IMG/VR virus record: IMGVR_UViG_3300035670_000036
Direction: 5' to 3' (one strand)
From: an uncultured virus (IMG/VR IMGVR_UViG_3300035670_000036)
Taxonomy: Duplodnaviria; Heunggongvirae; Uroviricota; Caudoviricetes
Length of the DNA stretch: 64,000 nt
In this document: positions 60,468 through 64,000 of the stretch, in pieces
Layout: every line of letters begins with the position of its first letter
Numbering within the stretch: position 1 is the first letter of the stretch
Translations under genes and position numbers: made by a program
The notes under the pieces: generated by a model
What the model saw: the letters and a program-made list of their open reading frames with translations, nothing else
The model's database searches: none
What the model was told of the DNA's origin: nothing

Positions 60468-61067
60468 TTAACTTCTCAAATAAAAATCTAACAACCTAAC
60501 CAATACTTCTTCGTAATCTACACATGCTTCTTTATCCATTATACTGTTCATTGAATCTACTGTAGTATCATAATCATCGGCATCAAAGTTTATTTTTAGC
60601 GTTTTTAACTTATGTACGACCATGGCATCCGGATCTTTTTCTTTAAACATGGAGTCTATGAACTTTCTATTAAAACCTAGCAAGTCGATATCCATTTCAC
60701 TTTTTAGGATAATATCGAACTCTTCCTTTAGCATATCGTAATCCCATTCTCCAGAAAGCGCTATCTTATTGTCTGCTATGATGAAAGCTCTTTTTTTATC
60801 ATCAGTAAGGTGAGTAAGCCGTATTGTAGGAACTTCTTCAAGATTTAAATGTTTAGCTGCCATAAATCTTCCATGTCCAGCTATAATCTCATTTTCCTCA
60901 TCTATAATAATCGGATTAACAAAGCCAAACTCTTCTATACTATTGGCAATTTTCTCTACTTGAGCTTCACTATGTATTCTCGAGTTATAATTTGATTCTT
61001 TTATTTCCTCAATGTCAACAATTTCTATATTTAATTTACTCATGATGTCTTTCATTATAGTGTTCAA
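60468..61067 (-). CDS. ParB/Srx N-terminal domain protein
   Basis: NSRIHS..QV.KIA.SI.EFGF.NPIIID....IIAGHGR..AA...ADNK. Confidence 0.88.
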   Translation of the reverse strand: MNTIMKDIMSKLNIEIVDIEEIKESNYNSRIHSEAQVEKIANSIEEFGFVNPIIIDEENEIIAGHGRFMAAKHLNLEEVPTIRLTHLTDDKKRAFIIADNKIALSGEWDYDMLKEEFDIILKSEMDIDLLGFNRKFIDSMFKEKDPDAMVVHKLKTLKINFDADDYDTTVDSMNSIMDKEACVDYEEVLVRLLDFYLRS

Positions 61068-61650
61068 TCAATAATCTTATAACTTCTGCGTTAGCTTTTA
61101 TATCGTTCTCATTCATTACCGTCTTGAATTTCTTCATCATGTTTGTATAATCTTCTATGTTATATGAGAAGACAATGCTTTTTTTATTTTTAGATGCAGG
61201 AGAAGATTCAGATTTAGTTGCAGATAAGATGTCATCATCATTTTGAAAAGATTCATTTAACATTTCAAAATCCTCATAATCAAATCCCATGGCCATTGCA
61301 TCTATGTCGACAGAATTAAGATATTCTAATTCATCGCTTAATTTTGTATAATCCCATTCCCCTAATTCTGTTAGCTTGTTATCCGCTATGGAGTAGGCTC
61401 TTATTTGATCATCTGTTAAATTTTCGATGCGGATAGATGGAATAGAATCTATATGTAATGCTTTAGCTGCCAGGAATCGAGCATGTCCAGCAATAATCAT
61501 GTTTTTCTTATCAATCAGGATAGGAATGTTAAATCCGAACTCTGTGATGCTCTTCATTAATTTTGCTATCTGTTCATCCGGATGTATCTTACTGTTTCTT
61601 GGATTCTCTGATAACCTATTTACATCTATATATTCAATCTTATTCTTCAT
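61036..61650 (-). CDS. ParB/Srx N-terminal domain protein (tandem paralog)
   Basis: NPRNSK.H...QI..L..SI.EFGF..PILID....IIAGHAR...ADNK. Confidence 0.88.
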   Translation of the reverse strand: MKNKIEYIDVNRLSENPRNSKIHPDEQIAKLMKSITEFGFNIPILIDKKNMIIAGHARFLAAKALHIDSIPSIRIENLTDDQIRAYSIADNKLTELGEWDYTKLSDELEYLNSVDIDAMAMGFDYEDFEMLNESFQNDDDILSATKSESSPASKNKKSIVFSYNIEDYTNMMKKFKTVMNENDIKANAEVIRLLIEHYNERHHE

Positions 61651-61957
61651 CTTTTAATGTTTGGGCTCTCCGTTGTCTATATATTTCTTTATCTTTTCTT
61701 TCTTCATATTTTTTTAAAGCTCTTATGTTTCCACTTTTAGCTTCTTCAAATAGTTTCATGTCTATGACGTAGTCTGCTTTATCTATTCCTTTCTTGTATG
61801 CTCTATATACTTCACTGTTCTTATTGTAAAATTCATCTGTAAATGATTTCATATCAGATGTAGGAATATCTAATACATTCATTATTTTTTCTAATGAGTA
61901 TCCTAATGTTCCTACGCCTACTATTCTTCTTAGAAAGTCTTCATCATTAAAATTCAT
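61640..61957 (-). CDS. HTH protein, possibly terminase-small-subunit-like
   Basis: GYSLEKI..VL.I...AYKKG...AD......LFE.AKSGN..A. Confidence 0.4.
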   Translation of the reverse strand: MNFNDEDFLRRIVGVGTLGYSLEKIMNVLDIPTSDMKSFTDEFYNKNSEVYRAYKKGIDKADYVIDMKLFEEAKSGNIRALKKYEERKDKEIYRQRRAQTLKDEE

Positions 61958-62478
61958 GTTTCTGGGTTTATGGATTGGTTTCTTAAATCTTTGTTCTTTA
62001 CTCTTTCTTTATACGCTTTTTTCATTTTCATTGATTCATTCTTTGATTCTTCCCATTGTGCTCCTAGTATCTGATGCATCCATTTCCAATAATCCCCGCC
62101 CTTTTTTTTGACTAGCCATTTCTCATACTCCGGCCTCCTCAATACATCCTCTTTCCTACATTCCTTGATAAAGACATCATAAATAAATGCTTCATCTTTT
62201 TTCATTTTTTCATGTCTTCCGAATGGGAAATAATAATACATGGCATCAATTAGAAAATAAATTCTATCTGCGGAAGATATGTCATTAAATGTTTTAGAAT
62301 CTACGACAAATGCAAACAATCCTTTAATAGCATTTAGATGTAGTTTATCCCTGCGACGAATTAACCTATCACTATAATCAGCACCTTCTTCTGCTATAAT
62401 CTGCAAGTATTTATGAAAGTTATCTAAATCTTTTCGTAAATATCTTCTCAAATAATCGGTAATGATAATACCACTCAT
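61954..62478 (-). CDS. hypothetical protein
   Basis: ORF in operon. Confidence 0.65.
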   Translation of the reverse strand: MSGIIITDYLRRYLRKDLDNFHKYLQIIAEEGADYSDRLIRRRDKLHLNAIKGLFAFVVDSKTFNDISSADRIYFLIDAMYYYFPFGRHEKMKKDEAFIYDVFIKECRKEDVLRRPEYEKWLVKKKGGDYWKWMHQILGAQWEESKNESMKMKKAYKERVKNKDLRNQSINPET

Positions 62479-62484
62479 GTAAAA

Positions 62485-62871
62485 CTATTTTTTAAATCCT
62501 CTGAAAAAACTTAGTGTAGCGTCTTTTAATTTCTGTAATATGGATTTCTCTCCCTTGTAAAAGTTTTCCTGAATCATTCTTGGATTAGTTTTGATAACTT
62601 TATCCGGATCTATTTTAACATTACATGAATTTTGTCTTTCATATTTAATTGCTTGAACTATCCTTGATACACTGTCGGTAACTATAACTCGGTCTCCTTG
62701 CGAAGTATTTAGATTGAGTTTATACACGTGCTCTGAAGGGATTGTAGTTCTAAATCCCGAAGCGTCCTCTCTTGTCTTATTTACAGGAGATGCTTTCTTT
62801 TTATTTTTAACTTCTTGATCCGTCTTTACTTCTTTTTGCGAATCTATCTCTGTTTTCCTAGGTCTGCCCAT
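62485..62871 (-). CDS. basic protein with an AT-hook-like N-terminus
   Basis: MGRPRK. Confidence 0.6.
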   Translation of the reverse strand: MGRPRKTEIDSQKEVKTDQEVKNKKKASPVNKTREDASGFRTTIPSEHVYKLNLNTSQGDRVIVTDSVSRIVQAIKYERQNSCNVKIDPDKVIKTNPRMIQENFYKGEKSILQKLKDATLSFFRGFKK

Positions 62872-62937
62872 AATTACAGCGTTTTATTATAAATAGTGTT
62901 ATTTTGCTATAAACTTACTTTTTTATATAATTACACA

Positions 62938-63615
62938 TTAATAACGATTATTTGTTATCGATTTTATGTTGTAATATAATTCTAAGTCTTCATTTGCTAA
63001 ACATTTAATTAATCTCCTAGCTCCTTCACTATGACTTAATTTATGAGAATCAGATGTATTCAATCTCTTTATTTCGGTAAATGGTATATTTAATTTATTG
63101 CATACATCCTTGAAGTCCTCATCTAAAAATTCTGTACGTCCTATAAAATTAATGGGCTTATCTATCCATGATATTTGCGTTACATGATTATCCATTTTAC
63201 TATCATTTATAGCAGGATAGAACCAAAAATCATTAAGCAATTGGATTATCATTATGTGCTTTTCGTGCAACGTTCCATTTACAGGTTCCGGCAAAGTATT
63301 AGAATCTGTCAAAATCAAACCTAAACTTTTTTTTGCTAGTTCACTATCTTTATCCCATGAATAATTCAAAAGATCCGAGTAGTAGGATTTGTACCACTGA
63401 TAAGGTTCTCGTATGAAGGTGAATTTATAATAAGAGTTCCATACTGTGTGACCATGTTCTTCTAATAACTGCGAACATGTATCGTGTCCATACGGAGGTT
63501 TATCCCCTGATGAGATACAGTCCGGGTCGACTTCTTTTAAATAGGTCTCTACACTAGTTGAACCAGTTTTGGGAATTCTTATGAAAATACATTTATATTT
63601 ATGAGATATAATCAT
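62938..63615 (-). CDS. sulfotransferase family protein (Sulfotransfer_2-like)
   Basis: FIRIPKTGSTS (5'-PSB), FTFIREPY..Y.S.Y (3'-PB), H...Q, FIGR.E.L..DF. Confidence 0.85.
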   Translation of the reverse strand: MIISHKYKCIFIRIPKTGSTSVETYLKEVDPDCISSGDKPPYGHDTCSQLLEEHGHTVWNSYYKFTFIREPYQWYKSYYSDLLNYSWDKDSELAKKSLGLILTDSNTLPEPVNGTLHEKHIMIIQLLNDFWFYPAINDSKMDNHVTQISWIDKPINFIGRTEFLDEDFKDVCNKLNIPFTEIKRLNTSDSHKLSHSEGARRLIKCLANEDLELYYNIKSITNNRY

Positions 63616-63727
63616 GACATACAGAGCTATAAACAATTATTTAACGTAAAAATTAAAAAATAGTTGCGTAAGTGAATTGTTTTTACTATATTTGCGCTTA
63701 TTATTTATTTTTAAACATGAACATACT

Positions 63728-64000
63728 ATGGAGACTATTTTTAGACTGAGGTTTAGAGCAGAAAAAAGTTTTGTGGAATTAAAGAAAGGTGAAATTATTG
63801 AAGTATTTGAAAACATATTCGATACAGACAATAAGGACTTGGGCTATGTTTATGCTGGTACACCTAGAGGATTTTCTCTTGAGTCCTGTGATGCATGGAC
63901 GGGCTTTAGAGACTCTCTGGGAAATCGGATCTATGAAAATGATAACATACTCAGTAGATACCTTGGAGACGATTACAAGTTATATATGAGGCTAGAAAGG
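63728..64000 (+). CDS. YopX-like protein, partial
   Basis: Open frame from ATG 63728 to the window end; TGFRDSLGNRIYEND resembles YopX TGLKDKNGKEIYEGD. Confidence 0.55.
   Translation, partial: METIFRLRFRAEKSFVELKKGEIIEVFENIFDTDNKDLGYVYAGTPRGFSLESCDAWTGFRDSLGNRIYENDNILSRYLGDDYKLYMRLER

Overview
AT-rich segment of a large, apparently lytic dsDNA phage genome read with the standard genetic code. Densely repeated TAnnTTTG promoter boxes and A-rich leaders without Shine-Dalgarno sites point to a Bacteroidota host. 1-7.7 kb carries an HNH nuclease, a 2OG-Fe(II) oxygenase, an S8 protease, a GH73-like hydrolase, a MazG-like pyrophosphatase and one canonical tRNA(CAT). About 8.5-37 kb is a + strand early/hyperplastic region built from modular units (conserved hairpin, promoter, leader, one or a few small ORFs, terminator). 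Nineteen copies of a bulged hairpin separate the units, and one subtype shows covariation. 38-45 kb holds tandem paralog arrays. 45-60 kb holds nucleotide and RNA metabolism genes (HD protein, DEDDh exonuclease, P-loop kinase, metallophosphoesterase, RNA ligase, PAP2, ThyX). 60-63.6 kb is - strand, with two ParB-N proteins and a sulfotransferase. The most unusual signals are: (1) eleven tRNA-scaffold RNAs that keep the acceptor stem and T arm but replace the anticodon arm with variable structured inserts, one with a nested tRNA-like helix, lying among RNA end-healing and ligation genes; (2) the hairpin-delimited gene-cassette array; (3) 3' ends of transcription units that are antisense to translation-start regions; (4) a recurring compositional pattern ending in CCCCGC motifs. 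All calls come from reading the sequence by eye; no searches or folding programs were run.
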